From Macrostomum lignano (lineage: Eukaryota): 64,000 nt of DNA. Location: assembly GCA_002269645.1 (NCBI GenBank), contig NIVC01000363.1:558001-622000 (forward strand), in the 5' to 3' direction. The notes under the pieces were generated by a model. That model was not told where the DNA came from and ran no database searches. It was given only the letters and a program-made list of their open reading frames with translations. Made by a program: the position numbers and the translations under genes. Shown piece by piece: positions 13,701 to 27,300 of the stretch. Positions within the stretch are counted from its first letter, which is position 1; each line of letters opens with the position of its first letter.

Positions 13701-14928
13701 GCCTTGTGATTGCATGAAGTTTCAAATCCCAAGTGGACAATTTTTTATTTGAAATTTTTTAAAATAAATAATTTTTTAGGAGTAACACTAAATCTTAAAG
13801 TGCAGCCACAATTATATATATCGTTTCAGTATATATCAGCTGCATTTTGTCATGAGTTAAACTATATAGCCTTATTAAATGCGTAATTAAGCTACTTGAG
13901 AATAAATGAAAATCCAGCAATAACTAAAAAGCATGAACAAAATTAAAAAGTGTGGCAAACTGTTTGAATGCTTCCAGATATAGCTACATATATAATTGTG
14001 GCTGCACTTAAAGATTCAGTTTTACTCTTAATAAATAGTTATTTTAATTTATAATTTTATTTTAATTTAAAAACTTGAAAAGTTCAAGATGCATTTTTGC
14101 TTTCAATTTCTTCTATAGTATTAGTCTCGCATGTGGTGTGCAATGCAAATGAGGCCTTTGCCTTGGTATACAGTGTGCAGTGCATATGAGATTCTAAATA
14201 ATCTTGGCATATGGGAGGCAGGGTCAAAAAATTTTTGTGGCATATATAGAACATCTTCAGGACTTAAGGTCACAACTTAGCCAGTAGCTATTTTATATAC
14301 ATGCAAAGTGCAATTGATAGTTTAAGGATAATAGTATGCTTTTTATATTTCAAAGTCCTAATTCATAAATTTTACTTTGAAATAATCCCATTATATAGTA
14401 CAATGGTACCTAATAAAATAACTTACTAATCAGAAATTAAAATTGCCATATAATAAAAACATGACAATAAAATAGTCTTTATAAAGTTCCTTTTTTCATT
14501 TTTACTTTTTTCCTAAAACAATAAGAACTCTTTACTTATTGCCAAAGCTTAGATCTATCTTAACAAATTGTTTGCCAAAATGGCCATCTTTATATGAAGT
14601 TGTCACTGCAAAAGTATTGTTTACCATTATCAACTTTTGCCAAAATGGCTTTGATGTCATTGTCCAGATCATGCTAGGTGCACATATACATGCCCAATAC
14701 CTATCTGACCTGTCTGGACCAGATGGGTGAAATGGCCACTGGCCAAGGTAAGTCGCAGAGTCTAAAATGCAAAAAAATGAAAAATTAAAGGAAAAAAGAA
14801 AGAAGCAGAAAAGAAAAGGAAAAAGGAGAGAGAATAAAGAGGGGAAAAAAGAGAGAGAAAAAGAAAGAGAAGAAAAAAGAAAAGGCAAGAAAAGTCATAT
14901 ACAAAGTGAAAATTAGGTTGCAATCAAG

Positions 14929-15027
14929 GGAACTAAGTTGCAATTGGGAGGAACTAAGTTGCAATTGGGAGGAACTAAGTTGCAATTGCGAGGAACTAAG
15001 TTGCAATTGCGAGGAACTAAGTCGCAA
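14929..15027. repeat. 21-bp tandem repeat (GGAACTAAGTTGCAATTGSGA) x~5
   Basis: Direct tandem repeats. Confidence 0.9.
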
Positions 15028-15818
15028 ATCTGGACAAAACTAAATTGCATTGGACAGGTGAAATTTTGAGGTTGGGCATGTATGGGTGCATACCTAAACA
15101 AAAATTGAAGAGTTACAAATACTCCAAAGTCTGTACTATTTATAGAAAATATTGCTTTGCACAAACTTTTGTTTAAATACATTATTAACAAGTTTAAAAA
15201 CTAGAAAGTTTAAAATTTACACAAAAGTATAAAAAATTGTCAATTTTTTTTCACCTAACACTAACTCTTTTGCATGATTCTATGAAGTGCATACCAGGTA
15301 TGCAGGCTTACTATTTTTTTAAGAGTTATGCTCATTAACTGCAACTGTGCATGCCTAAATTTAAGCATGCAAAGCTAATGCATGACCAAATTTTCAGGCA
15401 TATATATGATTTGGAATGTGGCTTCAGTGAAATTGGTTGAAATCCCAATTTAAAGTTAAATAGTCAAGATATTAGGCCCTATATAGTATCTCATAAAAAA
15501 CTTAGCTTAGGATTTTTCCTAGTGCTATGATTTACAATTGCATTTTTTATTTTACTGTGGGTACTATCATGTACATAGTCATAGTTGTAACTGTGGCAGA
15601 ACAACATCTGTTAATTGGAATGCATTGATATGTTAACATTTTGTTCAATTAAAATGAAAATTTTCCTTAACCTTCTCTGTTATTTCAATCTAGTTTTTCA
15701 TCTGGATTTCAAGGTGAGTCAGCTTGTCTCAGTTGCACATGCATCGTTAGTGTAATTTATTTGATTAATACCAATCTATTATTATTATTCTCTAGGAAAT
15801 ATTAATGCACCAGGAACA

Positions 15819-17156
15819 ATGGATCATGGACAAGCAAATGTTGTAAGTTAATAATATTGAGTTTTATTATGATAATACTGCTAATAATATAGTATGTATA
15901 ATGATGTTCGAGGACTTAAATATCTTTTTAATCTCTCTTTAATCCCATAGGCCTACAATGGCGGCTATAATCACGGCGGTAACCGGGGTGGCAGGCCAAG
16001 CTACAATAACAGTTACCGAGGCAATGGTCACAGAATGCAGCACCATGGCAACCATCAGCATCATCAGCAGCAAGGAGCTAATGCCAATTTGCCAAATAAT
16101 TTGCCAGCGCAATCCTATGCTTCTAGTGGCAATCCAGTGAATCCTGCGCCTGCTATGTACTATCAGGCAATGCAACCGGGTGGCGTGCCCGTGCCCATTG
16201 TGGTAAGCCAAATGATTGCAATAGACTCGGTGCAGTTATTATCTACTAGTTTTATAGTTGATTTAAACAGTAATAATGGCCAATGGTGACTGCAGCTTGT
16301 CTAGTTTGGGTAAAATTATATTTTCTATTTGCATATTTTCACTAAGCATTTAACACCCGCGTATCTTAAGCCGTTAACTTAATCCTCTTTATTCTTATTG
16401 TACGCCTATCTCTATTGCAGATGTGTGCTCCATTGCATCAGGTGGTTATAATGTTTATTTATATATTTTCGTATATGTTTAGTTTTGTTATTACTAATTC
16501 CTGTTGTGTTGAATTGTGTACAACTGTAGCCAAACTTTCAATCAATATATAATTGAACACGGGGAGTACTATGTTTCACGCGTGAATTTTCGGCTAGAGG
16601 TTGGCCGGTGGATTTTAGTGCGATTCACAGCTATGAGAGCCAAGGCAACAGAGAGTGTACACATGCTTGACGATCAGAAAGTCAGGGTCAATGTACACCC
16701 TTGTGTGAGCGTGTGTTTGAGTGCGTGCCTGTGTACAGTACTGGTGCGCTTGTCTGCTTGTTGACCTGCAATAGCAAAGTTGTATTTCAGTTAAAAATCA
16801 TTTTAAGCTTCCATTGCTACCAGAGCTTTTATTCCTTACGACTTTATTAAAGGAATTACTAACCAGCAGTAGAGGTTAATTGGTTGGAAGCAATGCACGC
16901 AAATTTTTGTCTGTGTCTTTGGCATTAGCTGATGTTGTTACCCAGCAAGTTATATGCTATGTGGGTGGATGTACGCTTTTTCGTCTGCTTCAAAAATCCA
17001 CTCTTTGTTTGCAATTTGTGTTTGCTTTGCTCTATACATTTTTTTTTAATTGACAGGTGCTGTCTTAGTTGTATTTGAACACTTAGCGAGATTTTTTAAA
17101 GCCATTAAATATGCATCTAGACTAAACACATCCTGGCTATTCGTATATCTGGAACC

Positions 17157-17201
<45 letters not shown>

Positions 17202-20200
17202 GTCTGTCTGTCTGTTTATCTATCTATCTAACTATATATCTATCTATCTATCTATCTGTCTGTCCATCTATCTACCTATCTGTCTATCTATCTATCTATC
17301 TATCCATCTATCTATCTATCTATCTATCCATCTATCTATCCATCTATCTATCTGTCTATCTATCTATCCATCTATCTATCCATCTATCTATCTATTTATA
17401 TCTAATGCCAACGAAGCAAAACATCAATGCACCAAAAGGTTTTTAATTGTTAGCAAGACAGCCAATGTGGTTTGGTATTGTATGAACTCGTACCTATCAG
17501 TGATTAAGATTTCAATGCTAGTCTAATTTAATATATTTACTCTATTCAACCATTGAAGCCGCACTACGGTCAGCCTGGCTGGCCGGCAACGTCGGCTGGC
17601 GCAGCGCAGGGCCTCCCGGCTGGGCACCAATTCGCCCCCCAGCACCATCCGCATGCGCATCAGCAGCACATGATTGGAGCTGCACCGCCAGGAGCTCCGG
17701 CTATGTACTATCAGCAGCCGCCTCACGCTATGTACGGCGCCCAGCCTGCCTACGTGCCAGCCGCTCATCAGCAGCACCCAGCCCCAATGTACGCTCCCCA
17801 CGCCAGCCATGCTGGCGCTTATAATATTCCTCCGCTGGCCTCTACTCAGCCGCAGCCGCTTCTGCCGCCGCCGCCTCAGCATCAGCAGCAGCAGCAACAG
17901 CAGCATCAGCAGCAGCGACATCAACAACAGCAGCAGCAGCAGTCCCAACAGCAAGCTAACCAGCAGCAACCGCAGCAGCCGGATGTAACACAAAAGAAGA
18001 TACTGACATTTATCGATCCGAGGACTAATTCTGCAATTGAGTTGAAACCGAAACAGCCCACTCAGCCGCAGCAGCAGCAGCAGCCGCCCCAGCAGCAGCA
18101 GCAGCCGCAGCCCCAGCAGCAGCAGCAAGTCACGCCTCAGCCGCAGCAGCAGCAGCAACAGCAGCAAAGCGACGCCGCGAATAACAAAGGCAAACAGGAG
18201 CAGCGTTATGTAGTGCAAAAAGACATGCTAGCCCAGGTTCGTTCGGCTAAAGACGGCAAAACTTCGCCGCCAAATCCAGAGGCAGCCAATGCTGGCACTG
18301 TTGTCAAGGATGAGGCTGGAAAAACCGACACGCCGGTTACTGAAGCTGAAAGCGTCAAATATGAAGTTGGCGAACGACTGCCTAAATTTGATGCCGATAT
18401 GTTGAGACCGGCGCCCACGACTCTGCGCAGTCAGTCAGTCGATGCGGTCAGCGTGCTGCATCACAGTCACAGTCACAATCAGTTGACTTCTCTGGCTGAG
18501 GCTGGAAATGCCGGTTCAGCTGCTGCTGGCGCTGACGCTTCATCTTCAGGCGGCGCCGGAGCCGCTAGCAAAGCGCCAAAATACGAATTCAAGCCTGAGA
18601 AAGGCGAATCGGACAAAGTTACGCTTGAACGTAAAAAGACTTACGATAGAGATTTTCTGCTTAAACTGCAGGATGCTCAATTATCTACCCAGAAGCCTAG
18701 TACACTGCCTTGCGATATTCCCGAACTGTTGCGAAAGACCGAAGTGGTAAGTAATTCAACTTTGTGCTTATTATTCTTTATGGCACTGATTGGTGGGTCA
18801 AGTTCTTTCTAATAGGGTTGGCGTGTAGGGAGCGCCATTTTTTTAGTGCTAGGTGTGCCACTTTGTGTGCTTGCTGTGCCACTTTGTATGTTATCTGTGC
18901 CTCTTTGTGTGCTAGCTGTGCCACTTTGTGTGCTAGCTGTGCCACTTTGTGTGCTGGCTGTGCCACTTTGTGTGCTAGCTGTGCCACTTTGTGTGCTAGC
19001 TGTGCCACTTCATGTGCTAGCTGTGCCACTTTGTGTGCTAGCTGTGCCACTTCATGTGCTAGCTGTGCCACTTTGTGTGCTAGCTGTGCCACTTCATGTG
19101 CTAGCTGTGCCACTTTGTGTGCTAGCTGTGCCACTTTGTGTGTTATCTGTGCCACTTCATGTGCTAGCTGTGCCACTTTGTGTGCTAGCTGTGCCACTTT
19201 GTGTGTTATCTGTGCCACTTTGTGTGCTAGCTGTGCCACTTTGTGTGCTAGCTGTGCCACTTTGTGTGTTATCTGTGCCACTTTGTGTGCTAGCTGTGCC
19301 ACTTTGTGTGCTAGCTGTGCCACTTTGTGTGCTAGCTGTGCCACTTTGTGTGCTAGCTGTGCCACTTTGTGTGCTAGCTGTGCCACTTTGTGTGCTAGCT
19401 GTGCCACTTTGTGTGCTAGCTGTGCCACTTCATGTGCTAGCTGTGCCACTTTGTGCGCTAGCTGTGCCCCTTCATGTGCTAGCTGTGCCCCTTCATGTGC
19501 TAGCTGTGCCACTTTGTGTGCTAGCTGTGCCACTTCATGTGCTAGCTGTGCCACTTTGTGTGCTAGCCGTGCCACTTTGTGTGCTAGCTGTGCCACTTTG
19601 TGTGCTAGCTGTGCCACTTTGTGTGCTAGCTGTGCCACTTCATGTGCTAGCTGTGCCACTTTGTGCGCTAGCTGTGCCCCTTCATGTGCTAGCTGTGCCC
19701 CTTCATGTGCTAGCTGTGCCACTCTCTGTTTATGTGCACTATGAGCGTTTAGTGTGCATCATGCCAGTTGCACAGTTGTCCTAATGTATACAAATAGCAA
19801 TGATCTCCACGGCTATGATGACACATGCGATCGGATTAATCAATAAAAATGATGAATCAGAAACGCTACTGAGCCATGAGTACTATATATTATATGGAGC
19901 AATTAACTAGTTAGTAAAATTTGACTTATAGTTTTGATCGGCAATGATGATATCCGCAATCTGATATGCATGAGAGATTCAGAAACGCTACTGAGCCTTC
20001 AAACTGCAAGCGTATAGAGTGCTTGGAGCATCTAAACAATTAGTTAATGATTTCAGCTAACCAATGCATAGTAACCCCCCCCCCCCCCCCAATTTCTCAA
20101 ATTCAAGCAACGCATTCAAGGCGTTAACTTCATGCCTACCTACGTGCAATCGGTTCCTAGCCACATGGCCACGCCTAAGGATAAAAGCAAATCGGGCGCA

Positions 20201-23200
20201 TTTCCTAGGCAACAGCAGCAGCAGCAACAACAGCAGATTAGTCGCGGCAACACGCCTAGACAGCAGCATCAACAGCCGAAGCAGATGGTTATTGAAGTTC
20301 GAAGCCGCGAAAAAGTGGACCTGCATCACACTGATAACGCCTACGTGCCTGGCTTTTTGCAAAAGAAAACTGACGACCCGGATACCGATAGGAGGCAGGA
20401 TATCGAGCGCAGCATTCGATCCATCCTGAACAAGGTGACGCCGCAGAATTTCGAATCCTGCTTTCAACAGCTGACCAAGTGCGATATTGGCACCGAGGAC
20501 GGTCTGAAGTGCTGCGTGGATATCATGTTTGAAAAGGTGCTATTTGTTGCTCCGTTTTTGGGGTCATTTTTTCACATCTAGATTATGAAATGCCAGTCTC
20601 CCAGATCCTCAGTTGCTGGGCCAGCCTCCCAGATCCTCAGTTTCTGGGCCAGCCCCTCAGATCCCCAGTTGCTGGGCCAGCCAGCCTCCCAGATCCTCAG
20701 TTTCTGAGCCAGCCCCTCAGATCCTCAGTTGCTGGGCCAGCCTCTCAGATCCCCAGTTGCTGGGCCGCCTCTCAGATCCTCAGTTGCTGGGCCAGCCTCT
20801 CAGATCCCCAGTTGCTGGGCCGCCTCTCAGATCCCCAGTTGCTGGGCCGCCTCTCAGATCCTCAGTTGCTGAGCCAGCCTCTCAGATCCTCAGTTGCTGA
20901 GCCAGCCTCCCAGATCCCCAGTTTCCGGGCCAGCCTCCCACATCCTCAGTTGCTGAGCCAGCCTCCCAGATCCCCAGTTGCTGGGCCAGCCTCCCACATC
21001 CTCAGTTGCTGGGCCAGCCTCCCAGATACCCATTTCTCATTTGCAAAGCAGTGGTTGTGCAAAGAAGAAGGCCAACAAAACAATGATGATTGTTATCCCT
21101 GTCTTACACAAAAAATCGTGTAGTCAAATCATAACAAAATGGTAACTTTAAAATAATTGTCTGAATGTTTTGTTAAGCCTTTTTCGGTATTGTTAGCAAA
21201 ATCTGCACATTCCGTCTATAAATCTGGCGGGACGGAGTCCTTCCCAGTCAAGCATGGCGACTCAAATTAATAAAAAAAGCAAAGCACACAGCACCGTTTA
21301 GGTTTGAGCGGAAAAATCGATAATAGCTGTTAGCTGAGTTCCTCACCGATAGGAAAGGCAACTCCAAACGTGTGTCCTCAGACTAGATCGGTCAAGTTGC
21401 ATTGCCTGTCTGTCTGTCCTGTTCCGCTTTCATTCACCTTTCTGTCGCTTGTCTTCCTTTTTGTTGATTTGATTTGTTTTGGACTAGCAAAATTAAATGC
21501 TTCGCCAGCGTATAGGCATAAAAATGGTGTGTCCTGCTGCCTGGCTGTGTTTTAATTGGCTTTAGGGTCAAAACTCTGTTTGGTTTATCTATGCCAGTAT
21601 TATTAGACTGGTGTAACTAAATCGCTAACAGACTGACCGAAATATTGTTAGCGGGAATTCAGAAAAATTATCTTAAACATGCTCTTTACATTCCTAACGC
21701 TAGTGGAGTTAATGAAAGTTGTTTTAAATACAATGTTTAAACTGACACAACCGGAACTCTCTTCTTGTTTCTTTGCAGGCCACCCGAGAGACCTCTTATT
21801 CGTCTGTGTTTGCCGAGATCTGCAAGCGGTTATCGTTTGTAAGTTGGGATTTATGCATGCTGCACAATGTGAACATTAGCTAATACGTTAGCACTCTATT
21901 GGCATTATGCATGATGTGCACATATAAATTAAGGGTACACAGTTACGGTACACACAGCTGGGTCGAGTTTAAGCGCTGTTGACAGCTTTTGTTGCTATTC
22001 TCTTGTATAGACAAGCTGAGGCCAAGTATGTATGCGGCACGCGGCTATATGACTGCCAGTCTTTCTCTGTTGCAAACCCCGCGTGTCCACTCTGTAACCC
22101 CACTTCGTCTTTTTTGTCTCTGTGTCTCTCTGTCTCCTGTCCCACCATATGCCCGATTCTAATCAAGCTTATCTATATACTGGCCTCTGTTCTGGGGCGG
22201 GTGGGCGCAGCGCTGCACTGTTCAATGTTGCAGCAGTTCCTTCTCTTCACTATTAAACCCAGCCAACTATAAATGTTTTTCTGGTGTTTTCTAAAACTTG
22301 TAAGAAAGTAGTGCATGACAATATTGTAAGATAAAAACTTGACAACTGTTGTACGCACGGACAAAATTTTTATTCAATACGTTATCTAGTTTCCTCATGC
22401 ACTTATGTTGGATGCATATTGACAAAAATTTTTGCGTGGGCGGTGATCAGGCTTTCTTCAAGTTGGTTGAATTCTCATTCTGCGTCTTTTAAACTATTGA
22501 TAGAATGAATTTTTCGTAATTAAGTATGTTACTAATTGCAAGTTGAATACGAATTAAGCGTTAGTTACAAACACTAGCATCTGATTTCACAAATCCTGTC
22601 TTTCACAAAACTCTATCTTCACCAACTTCAACCTGCACAAACCTCAACCTGCACAAACCTCAACCTTCACAAACCTCAACCCTCGCAAACCTCAACCTTC
22701 GCAAACCTCAACCCTCGCAAACCTCAACCTTCACAAACCTCAACCCTCGCAAACCTCAACCTTCACAAACCTCAACCCTCACAAACCTCAACCCTCGCAA
22801 ACATCAACCTTCACAAACCTCAACCCCCGCAAACCTCAACCCTCGCAAACCTCAACCCTCGCAAACCTCAACCTTCGAAAACCTCAACCCTCGCAAACCT
22901 CAACCTTCACAAGCCTCAACCCCCGCAAAACTCAACCCCCGCAAACCTCAACCCTCGCAAACCTCAACCCTCGCAAACCTCAACCTTCACAAGCCTCAAC
23001 CTTCACAAGCCTCAACCTTCGCAAACCTCAACCTTCACAAGCCTCAACCTTCACAAGCCTCAAGCTTCGCAAACCTCAACCTTCACACACCTCAACCTTC
23101 AAAAACCTCAACCTTCGAAAACCTCAACCCTCGCAAACCTCAACCTTCACAAACCTCAACCTTCGAAAACCTCAACCCTCGCAAACCTCAACCTTCACAA

Positions 23201-24329
23201 ACCTCAACCTTCGCAAACCTCAACCTTCGCAAACCTCAGCCTTCGCAAACCTCAGCCTTCGCAAACCTCAGCCTTCGCAAACCTCAGCCTTCGCAAACCT
23301 CAACCTTCGCAAACCTCAACCTTCGCAAACCTCAACCTTCAAAAACCTCAACCTTCACAAACCTCAACCCTCGCAAACCTCAACCTTCGCAAACCTCAAC
23401 CTTCACAAACCTCAACCTTCAAAAACCTCAACCTTCACAAACCTCAACCCTCGCAAACCTCAACCCTCGCAAACCTCAACCCTCGCAAACCTATTGCAGT
23501 TAAAAGTGAACACGGACAAGACTTTGCCCGACAAGTGCATCACTCACCGCTCGCTGCTGTTGAAAAAGTGCCAATTAATGTTCGAAACTCCTCTATTGGA
23601 CCAGATGGAGACTAAAGCGGATTATTGGGATCAAATTATTAGCAAGGAGGAGAAAGAAGACAAGAAAAAATCGTTAGAAGAAGAAAAAGAGGAACAAGTG
23701 AAGAAAGTGAAGGATCAATACTATGGAAATATTCGGTAAGCTAAAAATAATTGCAAACAATTTCAATTCTGGCAGCCCGTAATCTGCGTAGCTAGGTCTT
23801 ATAAATTGCTACAGTTCGTGTTTCCTAGCTCTAGGACTGTAGTACACTGAGTTATTAGTGTTTCCGCCCAGCTAACTGACTCTAATTAGTGTATAGTAAT
23901 AGTATGCCAACAGCCTGAGGATGCGCGCTCTACAAGCTCTGATTGTGTAGAGACATGCTACATGCGGTATTATTCTAGGTCTTTATGGCAGCAAAGTATT
24001 TCTGTTTTTTTCCATTTTTGGCTCCCTGGTTTGTTTGGCAGATCATGATTCCTTTTTAATCTCTTAATCAGGCGAGCGTGTCGTTAATTGCGCACTGTTT
24101 TTACTGCTTGTCACGCTAATATATAGGAATTACTAATGCTATGTAATACTGCACAGGTAATATGCAGCTACATACTAATGCATCTATATTCACTTGGTAA
24201 TATACTGTTCCACTGCTGCTACTGCTACTGAAACTACTACTACTATTCATACTACTACTGCTACTACTACTACTGCTACTACTACTACTACTACTGCTAC
24301 TACTACTACTACTACTACTACCACTACTG

Positions 24330-24380
<51 letters not shown>

Positions 24381-27300
24381 AAACTGCTACTACTACTACC
24401 GTCGCGATCCTAGTTAACTATAATTTTTCACGCTTTCGTCAACTATTTCAGATTCATTGGCGAACTCTACATGAAAGGCGTGCTGACGGCTAATATAATC
24501 TACAGCTGTATAACAGCCCTCCTTAGCTGTCATCAGCCTTCAAAGAGCAACAGTCGAGGCACTCTAGTCGAATCGCTGGAATGCCTGTGCGAGCTGTTGC
24601 GTACTGTTGGTAAGAAACTAGAAACGCCGACAGGAAATCGCAAGCAGAACGAGTCCACCCAGTTGGACGCTTCGTTCGGTCAGATTAAAAAGATCATAGC
24701 CGATAAAAGCATCGAATCCAAGGTCCGATTTAAACTAATCGACGTTGTTGAAATGCGCGAACGCGGCTGGGAGCTGCGCGAAATGGAGCGCCGGCTTCAG
24801 GAGCGACCCATGACCAAGGAGGAGCTGGAACAGAAGGAGCGCGAAGAGGAGGCCAGGCGTGCCATGGCTGCTAGCAACATTGGCGGCGGAGGAGGCGGAG
24901 GAGGCGGTCGCGGCGGCCGCGGCAACTACGGCAGGCCGCCGGCGTCGCCGGGCAACTCAGCTCTGCTGCCGCCAACATCGGCTGACGCTGAATGGACCCC
25001 AGTGGTGGCTAATAGTCGGCGCCAGCAGAAGATGGACACTAGGAAGCTGATTCTGGATAGTGGCGAGTCTTCCGGCATTGCTGGCGACGCGTCAGCTAGC
25101 GGCGGTCTCGGTGGCAGCGGCGGCTCCGCTCCTATGCGGCTTGGACCGTCCCGGCCGAGTATTAGTCGGGCGCGCGGAGCTGGCGCCGGCGCTGGCGCGG
25201 GCCGATCACCAGCTTTACAGCGGTGAGTCAGCCTTGTTGTTGAAGAGATAGAGATCCCCAAAGTGCAAGACGAACCAGCGAAAGCGCAACTTCTGACCAG
25301 TTCGGTTGCTTTTCCCAACACCCAAGGGAAAGGCTGGCTGAGCCAGTCTGAACACATTTGCGACAATCTCTCCTAAACGTCTTGCTAAATCAAATTTATC
25401 AGGCTTTCTGTTTGAGTCTCTGCAGTTCTCACCGCTATCTGCCGGGATTTAGGTAGAATATGCCACATATGCTACTGACTCATGTTTAGCTAAGTAGTCT
25501 GCACAGGCTTTGCAATGCCACCAGCGAGACCGCAGATAAATGAAACAATTTGCGAGCTCTCCTACAGGCGATTGCTGACAGCAGCATGAGCTGGCTCTCC
25601 TGTTTGAGTCTCAGCAGGTGCGCTTTGCTTGCTGGGATTTAGGTTGGGAGCTACACTTAATATTGTTCTCCCGTGTGCTACTCTGCGTGTCTGTCTGTCT
25701 GTCTGCATTAGTGTCTGTCTGTTGTCGTTGTCTGTTGTCATTGTATGTCTGTCTATCTGTCTGCATTAGTGTCTGTCTGTTATCATTGACTGTCTGTCTG
25801 TCTTTCTGTCTGTTGTCATTGTCTGTCTGTCTCTGTCTGTTGTCATTGTCCGTCTGTCTGTTGTCATTGTCTGTCTGTCTGTCTGTCTGACTGTCTGTCT
25901 GACTGACTGTCTGTCTGTATTAGTGTCTGGGTGTCTTAGTGTCTGTCCGTCTGTGCCTTGTGTCTAGACGTTTGTGTGCCTTTCCTAGTGTCCAGTCATT
26001 GTCTTTCAGTCTCTGAATGTACAGTTCTGCTAGTTTTTATGTATCCATTTTAATTTTTTTCTGTTCATCCTTTTCAGTCTGACTGGCGGCGTCAGCGGAG
26101 GCGCCGGCGGGCGCCGGAACAACAGTCGCGAGTCGAGCGGCAGCCGGGGTGCCAGTCGCGAAGGCTCGCCGCACAGCACCCGCGACCAGCAGCAGCCAGT
26201 TCAACAGTCCCAGCTAGCCAGACAGCAGACCCCCGGACCAGCGCCCAAAGCCGTGACAGCATTGTCAGCTGCTCCCTTGGTCGGCATGCACCGGTCCATG
26301 TCCACTCACGAGTTGCCGTCCCGCCTGGGCGCTTCGGCCTCGGCTACTGCCAACATTCTCGACAAAGAGGCTCTTGGCCGCAAATCTAAGAACATTATGG
26401 AAGAGTGGCTCGCCGGCGTTATCTCTCTAGACGAGACTAAATCCTGCTTCCAAGAGATCGCCTCGCATCCGCATTTGAAAGTGTTTGTTGACATCAATGC
26501 CGAGCATTTGCTCAACGCTAATAGTAAAGAATTGCGCGAAAAAGGCGGTCGGCTGTTCTTCGAGTTGTTGGATTGTCGGCTTATCGATATTCGGACTGTT
26601 ATTGACGGGTTCGTTTGTTATTAAATCTACACTTTGCGTGTGGTGATGTTTGCTTTTTGGAGTGTTGCGATAAAATTAGGGACTATTGGCGTGTGCTGTA
26701 TGAGTAGTAGTGAGTTGGAGGACCCCTAGAAAACGATACCGTGACCAGAATCGAACGACTCAAAGCCGCTCAAATGCGACAGGGAGGCGACTATTGCGTC
26801 ACGCGAGTTGCAGAATCGTATAAAAGGAGTCGTCCAAAGACCGTTGTGTTGGCGCTAAAATTTCGCTAAAAGATGTGACTCTATAGCAACTATAGCACGC
26901 CTCAAATACGACTCTACGGCTCCAGAGTCGTTTCAGAGTCGCAAACAATAAAACGCTTCAAATTGACTATTAGACTTTGACGGCTTTTTGGCAACTTGTA
27001 CCGTGACATCTCGTTGTTTAAGCGTTACCCGCTTAATAAAATTGATAGCACAATCAGCAAAGCAGTTTGACCTGAAATGAAGTGCATTCAACTCATGCTA
27101 ATACAGTTCTGTTAAGTTCGACCAAAACAAATAAGTAGGCGTCTCAATGCAATTAGGATTCCTAATGCGTGTAAAAATTTTGCAAGACGAACCAGCGAAA
27201 GCGCAACTTCTGACCGGTTCGGTTGCTTTTCCCAACACCCAAGGGAAAGGCTGGCTGAGCCAGTCTGAACACATTTGCGACAATCTCTCCTAAACGTCTT

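Noticed and set aside
11540-15200. AT-rich intergenic region with short Cys-containing ORFs (12244-12444, 13409-13657, 14532-14888), possibly decayed DNA transposons
   Set aside because: No recognisable catalytic motif, terminal repeats or TSD by eye; needs a Dfam or tblastx search.
18764-19784. ORFs with CATLCAS, AQLAHKV or VPLCVLA repeats resembling metallothionein or coiled coil
   Set aside because: A 21-bp array open in several frames on both strands, inside an eIF4G intron.
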